From Bacillota bacterium (GTDB lineage Bacteria; Bacillota; Limnochordia; DTU087), in assembly GCA_012735435.1 (NCBI GenBank), contig JAAYHH010000011.1:14141-78140 (forward strand): 64,000 nucleotides of DNA. The letters are read 5' to 3'. Positions 49,520 to 59,133 of the stretch are shown piece by piece (position 1 is the stretch's first letter; each line of letters begins with the position of its first letter). The translations under genes and the position numbers were made by a program. The notes under the pieces are model-generated. The model saw nothing but the letters and a program-made list of their open reading frames with translations, ran no database searches and was not told the origin of the DNA.

Positions 49520-51709
49520 CTAGAGTGTCCGCTTTACCTCCTTGAGGACAAAGACTTCAATTTCATCGCCTTCCTTGATGTCGTTGAAGCGTTCTATGCC
49601 GATTCCACACTCATAGCCTTGGGAAACTTCCCTAACGTCATCCTTAAATCGCTTGAGGGAGGAAATCTTGCCTTCATGGATCACTACATTATTGCGCAGC
49701 AGCCGCACTTGGGCATTGCGGAGGACCTTACCATCGTCAACATAGCATCCTGCTACAACTCCTACGTTGGGAACCCTAAATGTTGCCCGCACCGATGCTC
49801 TTCCCAGAACCTCTTCCACATAATCAGGTTCAAGGAGTCCCTCCATAGCTGCCTTCACATCATCAATCGCGTCATAGATGACCCGATAAGTCCGAATGTC
49901 CACCTTCTCCCGTTCTGCCACCCGGCTGGCAATAACATCGGGGCGAACGTTAAAGCCGATGATCACAGCATCGGAGGTAGCTGCCAAGAGGACATCACTT
50001 TCGGTTATGCCTCCAACGGCGTCATGGATCACCTTTACCTGCACTTCATCGGTGGACAGGCGTTCCAAAGCCTGACGAACAGCTTCTACTGAGCCCTGCA
50101 CATCAGCCTTAATGATCAAGTTGAAATCCTTAACTTCACCTTGTTTGATACGCTCAAACAGACCATCGAGGGTGATGGGTGCAGTTCTGCTTAGCTCTGC
50201 TGCCCGTTTCTCCTCTTGCTTCTGGGCTGCAATCTGTCTTGCTAGCTTCTCATCCTCAAGAGCCACAAGTTCATCTCCGGCCTCCGGCACATCGGAAAGG
50301 CCAACTACCTCCACCGGAGTTGACGGACCGGCTTCTTCCAGACGCCTGCCGGAAGCATCGTTCATGGCCCGCACTCTTCCGGAAACACTACCGGCAATTA
50401 CGGCATCGCCCACCCGCAAGGTTCCGTTGCGGATCAAGACGGTGGCCACAGGTCCCCGGCCTTTATCCAACTTGGCCTCCACAATGGTGCCCCTAGCTAA
50501 CCTGTCGGGATTTGCCTTGAGCTCCTGGAGATCTGCCACCAATAGGATCATTTCCAGCAGATCATCTATGCCTTCTTTTCGTAGTGCTGAAATATTTACG
50601 CAAACTGTATCGCCGCCCCACTCCTCTGGAACCAGACCCAGTTCAGCCAAGCTCTGTTTTACCCGGTCCGGATTTGCCTCGGGGCGATCCATTTTATTGA
50701 TGGCAACAATAATAGGCACATCGGCTGCTTGGGCATGGCTGATAGCCTCCCGGGTTTGCGGCATCACGCCATCATCAGCAGCTACGACTAAGACAGCAAT
50801 ATCGGTAACCTGTGCACCCCGGGAACGCATGGCGGTAAAGGCCTCATGGCCGGGAGTGTCTAGGAATGTGATTTTCCGCCCCTCAAGCTCCACCTGATAC
50901 GCGCCGATATGCTGGGTAATTCCACCAGCTTCCTGCTGGGTTACCCGACTCTCCCGGATGGCATCCAACAGTGTTGTCTTGCCGTGATCTACATGTCCCA
51001 TAATAGTGACGATAGGCGGGCGAGGCTGAAGCTTTTCAGGCGGGTCCTCAACATCGGCCAAAGGATCCACTGTCTCGATCTCTGGAAGTATTACCTTGAA
51101 ACCGAGGTCCTCCGCTACTGTAGCAGCAGCCTCCCAGCTGATGCTCTGGGGAACTGTTGCCATTATACCTATGCCCATCAGCTTCTTGATGATGGTGGCA
51201 GCGGGGATGCTCATGCGGCTCGCCAGTTCCTTCACAGTAATGCTTTCCGGAATCTCGATCTCCTTAGGCCTTTGCGGAGCAGACTTTGGACTGCGAGAAG
51301 AAGGCTGGCGCCTCAAATCTTTCCGGCCCTTCCGCCGATGCCGCCTGCCGGTTGAAGCATCTTCATCATCGGCCGCGATTTGAGCCTGTGCCGCAGCCTT
51401 TGAAGGACGTTTAGAGGAGGTCTTAGGCTTTTTCCCATCTGCTTCTGCCTGCATCGTCTTGCTCTGCACCGGCTCCTCTCTCTTTGCCTTTTTCTGTGCC
51501 GGTTTTTCTTTCGGTTCTGCTGCCTTGGGCTTCTTTTGCTTCTTATCTTTTTCCTGGGCGAAGTGTTCTCTGACTAGATCGGCCACGTCTTCCTCCAGAG
51601 TGCTCATGTGATTCTTGACATCTGCTCCCAGATCTTGCAGAACCTCAACAAGCTGCTTACTTTTCATTTCAAGTTCTTTAGCTAGTTCGTAAACTCGAAC
51701 CTTTCCCAT
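49520..51709 (-). CDS. infB: translation initiation factor IF-2
   Basis: G domain [27 protein letters not shown]; N-terminal Lys/Ala-rich region. Confidence 0.95.
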   Translation of the reverse strand: MGKVRVYELAKELEMKSKQLVEVLQDLGADVKNHMSTLEEDVADLVREHFAQEKDKKQKKPKAAEPKEKPAQKKAKREEPVQSKTMQAEADGKKPKTSSKRPSKAAAQAQIAADDEDASTGRRHRRKGRKDLRRQPSSRSPKSAPQRPKEIEIPESITVKELASRMSIPAATIIKKLMGIGIMATVPQSISWEAAATVAEDLGFKVILPEIETVDPLADVEDPPEKLQPRPPIVTIMGHVDHGKTTLLDAIRESRVTQQEAGGITQHIGAYQVELEGRKITFLDTPGHEAFTAMRSRGAQVTDIAVLVVAADDGVMPQTREAISHAQAADVPIIVAINKMDRPEANPDRVKQSLAELGLVPEEWGGDTVCVNISALRKEGIDDLLEMILLVADLQELKANPDRLARGTIVEAKLDKGRGPVATVLIRNGTLRVGDAVIAGSVSGRVRAMNDASGRRLEEAGPSTPVEVVGLSDVPEAGDELVALEDEKLARQIAAQKQEEKRAAELSRTAPITLDGLFERIKQGEVKDFNLIIKADVQGSVEAVRQALERLSTDEVQVKVIHDAVGGITESDVLLAATSDAVIIGFNVRPDVIASRVAEREKVDIRTYRVIYDAIDDVKAAMEGLLEPDYVEEVLGRASVRATFRVPNVGVVAGCYVDDGKVLRNAQVRLLRNNVVIHEGKISSLKRFKDDVREVSQGYECGIGIERFNDIKEGDEIEVFVLKEVKRTL

Positions 51710-51738
51710 TAACCATCACCCCTACCTTGGTCCGCGAA

Positions 51739-52068
51739 TTACTCTACTCTTCCATCGTTGCCCTCTGCCTCCGTTTTCCTGGTATTCACAGCCTTCATAA
51801 TCGCCTGGGCCATTCCGGCATCCTTGACGCAGAGAACTGCCCGGGCAGGTTTGCCAATAGCCGCTCCCAACTGTTCCTTGGTCCCCATGTATATGACGGG
51901 AACTCCCTTGGCTGCCTTCTCAAAGGTCGCCTTTGTTCCGGCACTGGCATCGCAAGCCAGCACCACCAACTCTATACGCCTTCGCCGCAAAGCTGCCAGA
52001 CAGCTGTTGTACCCAGAAATCAAGTTTCCGCTTGCCTGGGCGAATCCCAGCAAACTCAGTGCCTTCAC
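51739..52068 (-). CDS. ylxQ: L7Ae-family RNA-binding protein YlxQ
   Basis: LLGFAQASGNLISG...LVVLACDASAGTKATFEKAAKGVPV L7Ae fold; GTG start overlaps the ylxR TGA (GTGA) at 52068; the ORF-track N-terminal extension is spurious. Confidence 0.75.
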   Translation of the reverse strand: MKALSLLGFAQASGNLISGYNSCLAALRRRRIELVVLACDASAGTKATFEKAAKGVPVIYMGTKEQLGAAIGKPARAVLCVKDAGMAQAIMKAVNTRKTEAEGNDGRVE

Positions 52069-52337
52069 ATGACTCTCTCCAGTTCCTCTCTGAGTCTCTC
52101 GATAGTTTCCGGGGCGATGGCCACCTCCAGGGCTCTTTCCAGCTGCTTTTTTTTCAATGCCCGTTCCATACAGGCCGTATCGGGGCACATGTAAGCACCC
52201 CTGCCGGATTGCTTCCCGGTGGGATCAAGCAAGATCTCCCCTTCGGGGGTTCTTACGACACGAATTAGATCCCGCTTAGGGCGCACGGTACGACAGCCGA
52301 TACATGTTCTCTGTGGAATCTTCCGCTGTTTCGCCAC
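52065..52337 (-). CDS. ylxR: YlxR (DUF448) RNA-binding protein
   Basis: KIPQRTCIGCR...RDLIRVV...GRGAYMCPDTAC motif; located between nusA and ylxQ. Confidence 0.85.
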   Translation of the reverse strand: MAKQRKIPQRTCIGCRTVRPKRDLIRVVRTPEGEILLDPTGKQSGRGAYMCPDTACMERALKKKQLERALEVAIAPETIERLREELERVM

Positions 52338-52375
52338 CCTGCCATCACTCCTTCACAACCCGCTGTCTGCAGTTC

Positions 52376-54139
52376 TCATTCATCGAATTCCCAACGCAAA
52401 TCGGCCAAGTCCTTGAGAGTCTTCTTGTCTTTACCCTGCTGCTTGTTGTCTTCTTCACTCTCATCCTGGAACTTAACTTTGAGGTCATCCAACCGTCCCG
52501 CAAGGGTAAAACCGCTCTCATCATCCTCAGGTCCTGCAACATACTCAGAAATTTCCACTTCGTCCTGCTGCTGATCTCCGGAAAACAAAGTGGGCAGCGG
52601 TTCTTCTTCAATTAGTTCTTCCTCAAGCAGAGATTCTAGATCCTGTTTGCGGGTCTTGCGGCTCCTTGCCTTACCCAGCCCGGCGGCCGGTTTGGGCGTC
52701 CGCCTCCGCCAGAGGGTATCTTCATCCAATTCGGTTTCTATCTCCTCGGGCTCTTCATCCAGCTCATCGACGTCATCATCTAGAGCTGCCTGCTCCAAGG
52801 GTTCTGATTCGTCATCGGCATAAACCGAGAGCTCTTCTTCGTGCTCTTCCTCCAGCGGCAGTTCCTCGAGATAGTCGGATTCATCAGCTTCCTCTGGAGC
52901 AGTTTCCTCATCCAATTCCTGCTCATCGTCAGCTGCCGTCAGCTCACCATCCTCACTGACTGTATCGCCTTCTTCAAGTTCACTATCCGCTGCAACTACT
53001 GCCGCAAGGTCTTCATCTTGAGCCGTTAGGTCTTCCTCGCCGGAGACCTCGTCAATCTCCTCGTCCTTAGGTGTTGCCCGTTCAAAGGCTTCCTTGGCCA
53101 GGATCTGGGCCATTTGCTCCTGGCTCTTGATATCTATTCTCCATCCGGTAAGCCGTGCCGCCAGCCTGGCGTTTTGTCCTTCTTTCCCGATGGCCAGGGA
53201 CAGATGATTGTCCGGCACCACGGCTCTAGCCGTTTTGGTCGATTCATCCAGGTAGGTCTTAACTACATGGGCTGGGCTCAGGGCATTGGCTACAAACTCT
53301 TCTTCTATTGGCGCCCAGGGGATAATGTCAATCTTTTCACCCCGCAGCTCCGATACAACAGCCTGGACCCGCATGCCCCTTGGACCTACACATGCGCCCA
53401 CAGGATCGACATTTGGGTCCCGAGAATAAACTGCTATCTTGGTGCGGGCGCCGGCTTCCCTGGCCACTGCCTTGATCTCCACTGTTCCATCGTAGATTTC
53501 TGGAACTTCCATTTCAAACAAGCGCAGCACCAGGCCCGGATGTGTTCGGGAGACTGCTATATGGGGTCCCTTGCCGGTTTGTCGAACTTCGCTGATGTAG
53601 ACCTTGATTCTGGTCCCCTGGGTGAGCGGTTCGCCCGGCATTTGATCAGACGGGGCCAAAACCGCCTCTGCCTTGCCCAGGTCAATAATCACATTGCGGT
53701 TTTCCCTGCGCTGAACAATGCCGGTGACGACGTCTCCTTCCCTATTCTTAAATTCATCATAGATGAGCGCCCTCTCGGCTTCCCGAATCCTCTGGATAAC
53801 CACCTGTTTGGCAGTTTGAGCAGCTATGCGGCCGAAATCCTCGGGGGTTACCTCTACATCGACGACATCATCCAGCTTGTAGTTGGGGTCCATAGCCTGG
53901 GCTTCCTGCAAACTGATCTGCAGGGAATCATCGGTTACTTCGTCAACTACAACCTTGCGGGCGTAGACATTGATTTCCCCCGTGTTTTCATCAACTTCTA
54001 CCCTCACGTTTTGGGCTGTCCCATAGTTGCGCTTATAAGCCGTAGTGATGGCAGCCTCTATGGCTTCTAATATGATTTCTTTAGTAATTCCCCGCTCTTT
54101 TTCCAACTCGTTAAGAGCGCTCATCACTTCGAAGTTCAT
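52376..54139 (-). CDS. nusA: transcription termination/antitermination factor NusA with long acidic C-terminal extension
   Basis: N-terminal domain, S1 and KH1/KH2 (IGKEGQNARLAARLTGWRIDI); ~230-aa E/D-rich low-complexity C-terminus. Confidence 0.9.
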   Translation of the reverse strand: MNFEVMSALNELEKERGITKEIILEAIEAAITTAYKRNYGTAQNVRVEVDENTGEINVYARKVVVDEVTDDSLQISLQEAQAMDPNYKLDDVVDVEVTPEDFGRIAAQTAKQVVIQRIREAERALIYDEFKNREGDVVTGIVQRRENRNVIIDLGKAEAVLAPSDQMPGEPLTQGTRIKVYISEVRQTGKGPHIAVSRTHPGLVLRLFEMEVPEIYDGTVEIKAVAREAGARTKIAVYSRDPNVDPVGACVGPRGMRVQAVVSELRGEKIDIIPWAPIEEEFVANALSPAHVVKTYLDESTKTARAVVPDNHLSLAIGKEGQNARLAARLTGWRIDIKSQEQMAQILAKEAFERATPKDEEIDEVSGEEDLTAQDEDLAAVVAADSELEEGDTVSEDGELTAADDEQELDEETAPEEADESDYLEELPLEEEHEEELSVYADDESEPLEQAALDDDVDELDEEPEEIETELDEDTLWRRRTPKPAAGLGKARSRKTRKQDLESLLEEELIEEEPLPTLFSGDQQQDEVEISEYVAGPEDDESGFTLAGRLDDLKVKFQDESEEDNKQQGKDKKTLKDLADLRWEFDE

Positions 54140-54161
54140 TTAAGTGCCCTCCTGTTTCCAG

Positions 54162-54626
54162 CTAAAACTCGATAGCCAGGTTGGCCTTTGCTACCTGGTC
54201 CCGAGGAATCCTAGTAATTTCGCCTCCGGATTCAACTACCACAGCGCCATCTTCCAATCCCACAAGCTTTCCTTCCCATACCTTCTTACCCTGATAGGGA
54301 GCATAGGTCTTGATATGTACCAATCGTCCCGCAAACCTGGTAAAGTGTTCATCACGGGTGAGAGGCCTTTCCAGACCGGGTGAAGATACCTCCAGGGAAT
54401 AGCTGCCGGGAATGGGATCGACTTCATCCAGCCGCGAGCTGAGGCGGCGGCTTACCTTCTCACAATCATCCAGCCCAACTCCGCCTTCTTTGTCGATGAA
54501 CACCCTCAAGATCCAGTCAGGGCCTTCCTTGGTATATTCAACGTCAACTAATTCCAGCTCTGGGTAGTCGGTTAAAATCTCCTCTGTCAGCTGAGTAGTT
54601 ATCCGCTCTATCTCTTGTCGAGCCAT
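54162..54626 (-). CDS. rimP: ribosome maturation factor RimP
   Basis: LELVDVEY...ILRVFIDKEGGVGLDDCEKVSR RimP signature. Confidence 0.9.
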   Translation of the reverse strand: MARQEIERITTQLTEEILTDYPELELVDVEYTKEGPDWILRVFIDKEGGVGLDDCEKVSRRLSSRLDEVDPIPGSYSLEVSSPGLERPLTRDEHFTRFAGRLVHIKTYAPYQGKKVWEGKLVGLEDGAVVVESGGEITRIPRDQVAKANLAIEF

Positions 54627-54867
54627 CTTTCAGCCTCCGTTTCTTTTCTTAACACCCCAATATATGTAAAACACGCTCACCATGAGTCTAAGCAAACTGG
54701 CGGTAGAGGCCCTCAACTATAGCCTGCCGCGTTACCCCTTTTACTACGAAAGAGTGGGACTCACCCACTCTTCCAAAAAAAACTACCGGCGCTGTGAAAA
54801 ATTCAGAGCCGCGCTTTGCTCCCCATCTTAACGGTAGTGGGGATACTCCGCGGCACTTTCCGTTGCT

Positions 54868-54896
54868 AGTATACCACTTTTCCGCATCATTGACAA
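54868..54896 (-). promoter_or_regulatory. sigma-A-type promoter of the rimP-nusA-infB operon (TTGTCA-17-TATACT)
   Basis: minus-strand -35 TTGTCA (54891-54896) and -10 TATACT (54868-54873), 17-nt spacer; ~230-nt structured leader before rimP. Confidence 0.5.
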
Positions 54897-54944
54897 GGCT
54901 TTCGGCAGCCGAAAGCGGCTAAAAAGTGCAAACAGCGGATATGT

Positions 54945-57900
54945 TTAGAAAAGTGACAGCTGGGAGGTTTTGGGAAGCCCGGCTAGTGCTCCGTGGGCAC
55001 CTAGGGTTTCAATGACCGTTCGACTGACGCCGCACCTCATCCTGATATCCTCCCATGATGCAAAGGGTCCCTCTTCCCTGCCCTGGGCCAGCATCAGGGC
55101 TGCCCCTTCCCCTACTCCCGGTACAATTGCCAGGGGCGGCCTCAGCTCTTCCCCTTCGATCACAAAGCGGTTGGGATGGGACTTGTATATGTCAACGGTA
55201 TGAAAATCTATTCCCCGGAGCATGGCCTCCATAACGACTTCAGCCACTGTCAGCAGACTTTTCTCTTTAGCAGTGGCGCTGCCGCCTTTGGCGGAAATGG
55301 AATGGATGATCTCCTTTACACCTGCAAGGCCGCCCGTGATCAGCTGAACCTCGAAGGTATTAACCCGGGTAGAAAAATAGGCAGCGTAATAGGCCAGGGG
55401 ATAATGTACCTTAAAGTACGCTATCCGGAAGGCCATGGTCACATATGCCACTGCATGGGCCTTGGGGAATAGGTAGCTGATCTTTTTGCAGGAGTCGATG
55501 TACCACTGGGGGACTCCTACTTTTTCCATGGCCTCAACGTCTTCAGGTCTTAATCCCCTTCCCTTCCGGACCCTTTCCATGATTACGAAGGCGGTCTCTG
55601 GTTCCATCCCCTTTTGAATAAGGTAATTCATGATGTCATCCCGGGTGGCGATGGCCTGGCTAAGGTCAGCAGTTCCGTTCTTGATCAACTCTTGAGCATT
55701 ATTGGTCCAGACATTGGTTCCATGGGAAAACCCGCTGATACGCACCAGTTCTCCAAAGGACTTGGGCCGGGTTTCCTCAAGCATCTGCCGGACAAAACGG
55801 GTGCCGAACTCAGGAACGCCCAAAGTCCCAACGGTAGTGCCAAGATCATCGGGGCTTATCCCTAAGGCCTCCACACTGGAGAAGATGCTCATGGTAGCAG
55901 GGTCATCAAGCGGTATATCCAGGACCGGCACTCCAGTCATATCCTCCAGCATCCGGAGCATTGTGGGATCGTCATGGCCGAGAATATCCAATTTCACCAG
56001 GTTGTCGCTGATGGCATTGTAATCAAAATGGGTAGTGATGGTGCCGCTGGCAGCATCATTGGCCGGGTACTGTACCGGTGAAAACTCGTTGATATCCCGG
56101 CCTTCGGGAACCACAATCATGCCGCCGGGGTGCTGGCCGGTGGTACGCCGCACTCCAGTACAGCCCTTGACCAGCCGGTTGATTTCAGCGGTTCTGGCAG
56201 TTTGCCCTTTGCTTTCTAAGTATTTGCACACAAAGCCGTAGCTGGTCTTCTCCGCCAGTGTGCCGATGGTGCCCGCCCGGAACACGTATTCTTTGCCGAA
56301 AAGCTCCTCTGTGTACTTATGAACACAGGCCTGATATTCCCCGGAAAAATTGAGATCTATATCAGGCACCTTTTCCCCGTGAAAGCCCATGAAAACCTCA
56401 AAGGGGATATCAAAGCCCAATTTTCGGTATTGTGTACCGCATTGACAGTGCTTGTCTGGCAGGTCGATACCAGTTTGTACTGAACCATCGGTAATAAATT
56501 CCGCATGGTGGCACTGGGGACAAACATAATGGGGCGGCAGGGGATTTACCTCGGTCACCCCGCAGAGGGTAGCCACCAGTGATGAGCCCACAGAACCCCG
56601 GGAACCTACCAGATAACCATCGCTGAGGGATTTTTTTACCAGCTTGTGGGCAATCAGATAGAGAACAGCAAATCCGTTGCCGACAATGGCATTTAGTTCC
56701 TTCTCAATCCGCTCCTTGACCAGCGGGGGCAGCGGATCACCATACAGCTTCCGGGCGTTGGCATAGGTCATCTCGGTGATCTGCTCTTCAGCTCCTTCGA
56801 TCTTGGGGGCATGCAGGCCGTCGGGGATGGGCCGCAGCTCTTCGATCATTTCCGCGATGCGATTGGGCCCGTGGATCACCACTTCCCTGGCAGTCTCTTC
56901 ATCGAGATACGCGAACTCCGCCAGCATTTCCTCAGTTGTCCGGAAAAACAAAGGTGCCTGCCTTTCAGCATCTTCATATCCTTGACCGGCCATCAGGATG
57001 CGGCGGTAGATTTCATCCCATGGATGCAGGTAGTGGACATCGCAGGTAGCCACCACCGGTTTTCCCAGACGCTCTCCTAGAGCAACAATACCCCGGTTGA
57101 TCTCCTCTAGGTCTTCTTGTGACTGGACTTTATCACCGATCATGAAGGCATTGTTGCCCAACGGCTGGATTTCCAGGTAATCATAGAAATCGGCTATTTT
57201 CATCAGCCGTTCTTCATCGCTGCCTTGCAGGAAAGCTTGGTACACTTCACCAGCTTCACATGCGGAACCGATGATGAGACCCTCTCGATACTTCTCAATC
57301 AATCGGCGGGGCAGACGGGGCCGGCGGTAGAAATACTTTAGATGGGATAGGGATACCAGTCTATACAGGTTGTGCAGGCCCTGCTGATTTCTAGCCAAAA
57401 GTACTATGTGATAGGAGGGAGCCCTGGGGTCATCCCCATCGATGAGATACCCTTCCATCCCGTAAATTATCTTGATGCCGGCCTTCTTGCCGGCGAAGTA
57501 AGCCTCGGGAAAAGCTTGGACGACGCCGTGATCCGTGATGGCAACTGCCTTGTGGCCCCAGCTTGCTGCCAATTGGATAATCTCTCCGACATCGACAGTT
57601 CCGTCCATAGCAGACATCTTGGTATGAAGATGCAGCTCAACCCGCTTTTCAGGGGCCTCATCCCGCCGAACAAATTCAGCGAGGGGCTCCTGGATCTCTA
57701 TGTCGTTGGGCAGCATAGTGAGCTCCTGGGTATAGCGATCCCACTGGACGGAGCCCCTCACCCGCAGCCAGACGCCCGGGCTGAGTTCCGGTGCCAGCCG
57801 GGGAGCATCTTCATCTTCGAAAAGCTTAAGGGTAATAGAATCGCGATAGTCGGTGAGGTCGATCATTACCAAGCGCCGACCGCTCCGGAGTTCCTTTTCC

Positions 57901-58433
57901 TCGACCTTGATGATTTCACCGGCAGTGACGTAGGAACGCTCTTCGTCGGTGATCTCAGCTATAGAACGGGGTTCCTCCCGGATAGACCGTCCCTTCAATA
58001 CGCCCCTTGAGCCTTTCTTGGCAGAGACTTCAGTTTGCTTGGGCGGGGGATCTTCGATGGCTTGGCGACTAGCCCGTTCCATTACATATGACATATAGGT
58101 AGCTTCGTCGGCAAGGAGGAGATCACTGATCGGAGGTTCAAGAGACTTGTGGTTTTCGCCAACAGCTACGTCAAAGGAAACTGACCGCACCCCTGGCAGA
58201 AATTTCACCAGGGCTTGACTTAAGGTGTCCAATTCTCGGCGACACAGTTCCCCTCCAGCTGCTAAACAGATTTTCCACTCCTGGCGTTGGCAGTGAACCA
58301 AGATTCTTTCTACAACAGCTCGGGCGGCTGTTCCTTCACAGCTTACTGGAAGTTGAGCCGCCCGCAGGAAATCTGATAGGGATTGCCCTTTGGTTCGGGG
58401 AGTTACTACATATACAGTTGCATTACCAGCCAC
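54945..58433 (-). CDS. polC: DNA polymerase III PolC-type lacking the 3'-5' exonuclease domain
   Basis: OB domain, PHP (RVELHLHTKMSAMDG), Zn-finger (CPQCHHAEF...CQCGT), palm/fingers (DIDLNFSGEY, GQHPGGMIVVP, ILGHDDPT, KAHAVAYV), C-terminal SQLSLF clamp-binding tail; PHP is continuous (IIYGMEGYLIDGDDPRAPSYHIVLLARNQ) where B. subtilis PolC carries a ~200-aa DEDDh exonuclease insert; total 1162 aa. Confidence 0.9.
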   Translation of the reverse strand: MAGNATVYVVTPRTKGQSLSDFLRAAQLPVSCEGTAARAVVERILVHCQRQEWKICLAAGGELCRRELDTLSQALVKFLPGVRSVSFDVAVGENHKSLEPPISDLLLADEATYMSYVMERASRQAIEDPPPKQTEVSAKKGSRGVLKGRSIREEPRSIAEITDEERSYVTAGEIIKVEEKELRSGRRLVMIDLTDYRDSITLKLFEDEDAPRLAPELSPGVWLRVRGSVQWDRYTQELTMLPNDIEIQEPLAEFVRRDEAPEKRVELHLHTKMSAMDGTVDVGEIIQLAASWGHKAVAITDHGVVQAFPEAYFAGKKAGIKIIYGMEGYLIDGDDPRAPSYHIVLLARNQQGLHNLYRLVSLSHLKYFYRRPRLPRRLIEKYREGLIIGSACEAGEVYQAFLQGSDEERLMKIADFYDYLEIQPLGNNAFMIGDKVQSQEDLEEINRGIVALGERLGKPVVATCDVHYLHPWDEIYRRILMAGQGYEDAERQAPLFFRTTEEMLAEFAYLDEETAREVVIHGPNRIAEMIEELRPIPDGLHAPKIEGAEEQITEMTYANARKLYGDPLPPLVKERIEKELNAIVGNGFAVLYLIAHKLVKKSLSDGYLVGSRGSVGSSLVATLCGVTEVNPLPPHYVCPQCHHAEFITDGSVQTGIDLPDKHCQCGTQYRKLGFDIPFEVFMGFHGEKVPDIDLNFSGEYQACVHKYTEELFGKEYVFRAGTIGTLAEKTSYGFVCKYLESKGQTARTAEINRLVKGCTGVRRTTGQHPGGMIVVPEGRDINEFSPVQYPANDAASGTITTHFDYNAISDNLVKLDILGHDDPTMLRMLEDMTGVPVLDIPLDDPATMSIFSSVEALGISPDDLGTTVGTLGVPEFGTRFVRQMLEETRPKSFGELVRISGFSHGTNVWTNNAQELIKNGTADLSQAIATRDDIMNYLIQKGMEPETAFVIMERVRKGRGLRPEDVEAMEKVGVPQWYIDSCKKISYLFPKAHAVAYVTMAFRIAYFKVHYPLAYYAAYFSTRVNTFEVQLITGGLAGVKEIIHSISAKGGSATAKEKSLLTVAEVVMEAMLRGIDFHTVDIYKSHPNRFVIEGEELRPPLAIVPGVGEGAALMLAQGREEGPFASWEDIRMRCGVSRTVIETLGAHGALAGLPKTSQLSLF

Positions 58434-58464
58434 TTTCAGGATCCTTTCCAGTTGCAGTAAGTTC

Positions 58465-59133
58465 TTACTTAGGTCCCAAAACTTTTATAATCTCCCAGTA
58501 CATCTTGAGACGGTTTCGTGCCCCTGGAATAAATCCTTGCTTTTCCTCTTTCATGACGTGGGACACATCTTTAAGCAGTACCTTTTCCACTCGAATGCCA
58601 TTGGCAGCCACATACTTGGAGATGGCTACTTCTACGCCGTACCGGCTATCTTCCAGCTGGGGGATGTCCTCGAGGATCTCCCGGCGGATAGCTCTCTGGC
58701 CCGAGAGAAAAGGCGTTATCTTCTGGGCTATAGTAGTCGGCGCCCGTCCGCCTGCAAATATCCCCACAGTCATATCTGTCCTGCCGGAAACCACCGGCTC
58801 CAGCAGGTCGTAACAGTGGGCTTCAGTGAGCCCAACTAAGTCTGCATCTACAAACAGCAATATGTCGGCTGAGGTTGCCTTGGCCCCAGCCTTCATCGCG
58901 CCGCCCTTGCCCCGGTTGGGATAGAGACTGATCACCCTTGCTCCGAGGCTGCTGGCCACTTGAGCAGTACGATCCGATGACCCATCATTGACCACGATCA
59001 CTTCATCGATGGCCTTGCACCTTTGCAGCACCTGGAGTATACTGCCGATGGTATATTCCTCGTTGTAAGCAGGAACCACGGCAGCAACCTTAGGCTTACT
59101 TGCTGCTATTTCTCCGCTACTGCGTGCGCACAC
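58465..59133 (-). CDS. family 2 glycosyltransferase (Dpm1/DPG-synthase-like)
   Basis: VVPAYNEE...VVNDGSSD...DAD GT2 motifs; probable GTG start at 59133 (RBS GGAG), overlapping the proS stop by 15 nt; the ORF-track start is 59175. Confidence 0.7.
   Translation of the reverse strand: MCARSSGEIAASKPKVAAVVPAYNEEYTIGSILQVLQRCKAIDEVIVVNDGSSDRTAQVASSLGARVISLYPNRGKGGAMKAGAKATSADILLFVDADLVGLTEAHCYDLLEPVVSGRTDMTVGIFAGGRAPTTIAQKITPFLSGQRAIRREILEDIPQLEDSRYGVEVAISKYVAANGIRVEKVLLKDVSHVMKEEKQGFIPGARNRLKMYWEIIKVLGPK

Noticed and set aside
50112-50897. 261-aa plus-strand ORF opposite infB
   Set aside because: S/A/R-rich low-complexity translation antisense to IF-2; spurious.
53114-54070. 318-aa plus-strand ORF opposite nusA
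   Set aside because: Antisense to NusA; composition typical of a reverse-frame artefact of a high-GC gene.
57372-58010. 212-aa plus-strand ORF (and other long plus-strand ORFs at 55176-56241) inside polC
   Set aside because: Antisense shadow ORFs within a well-supported, conserved coding region; no RBS or homology.
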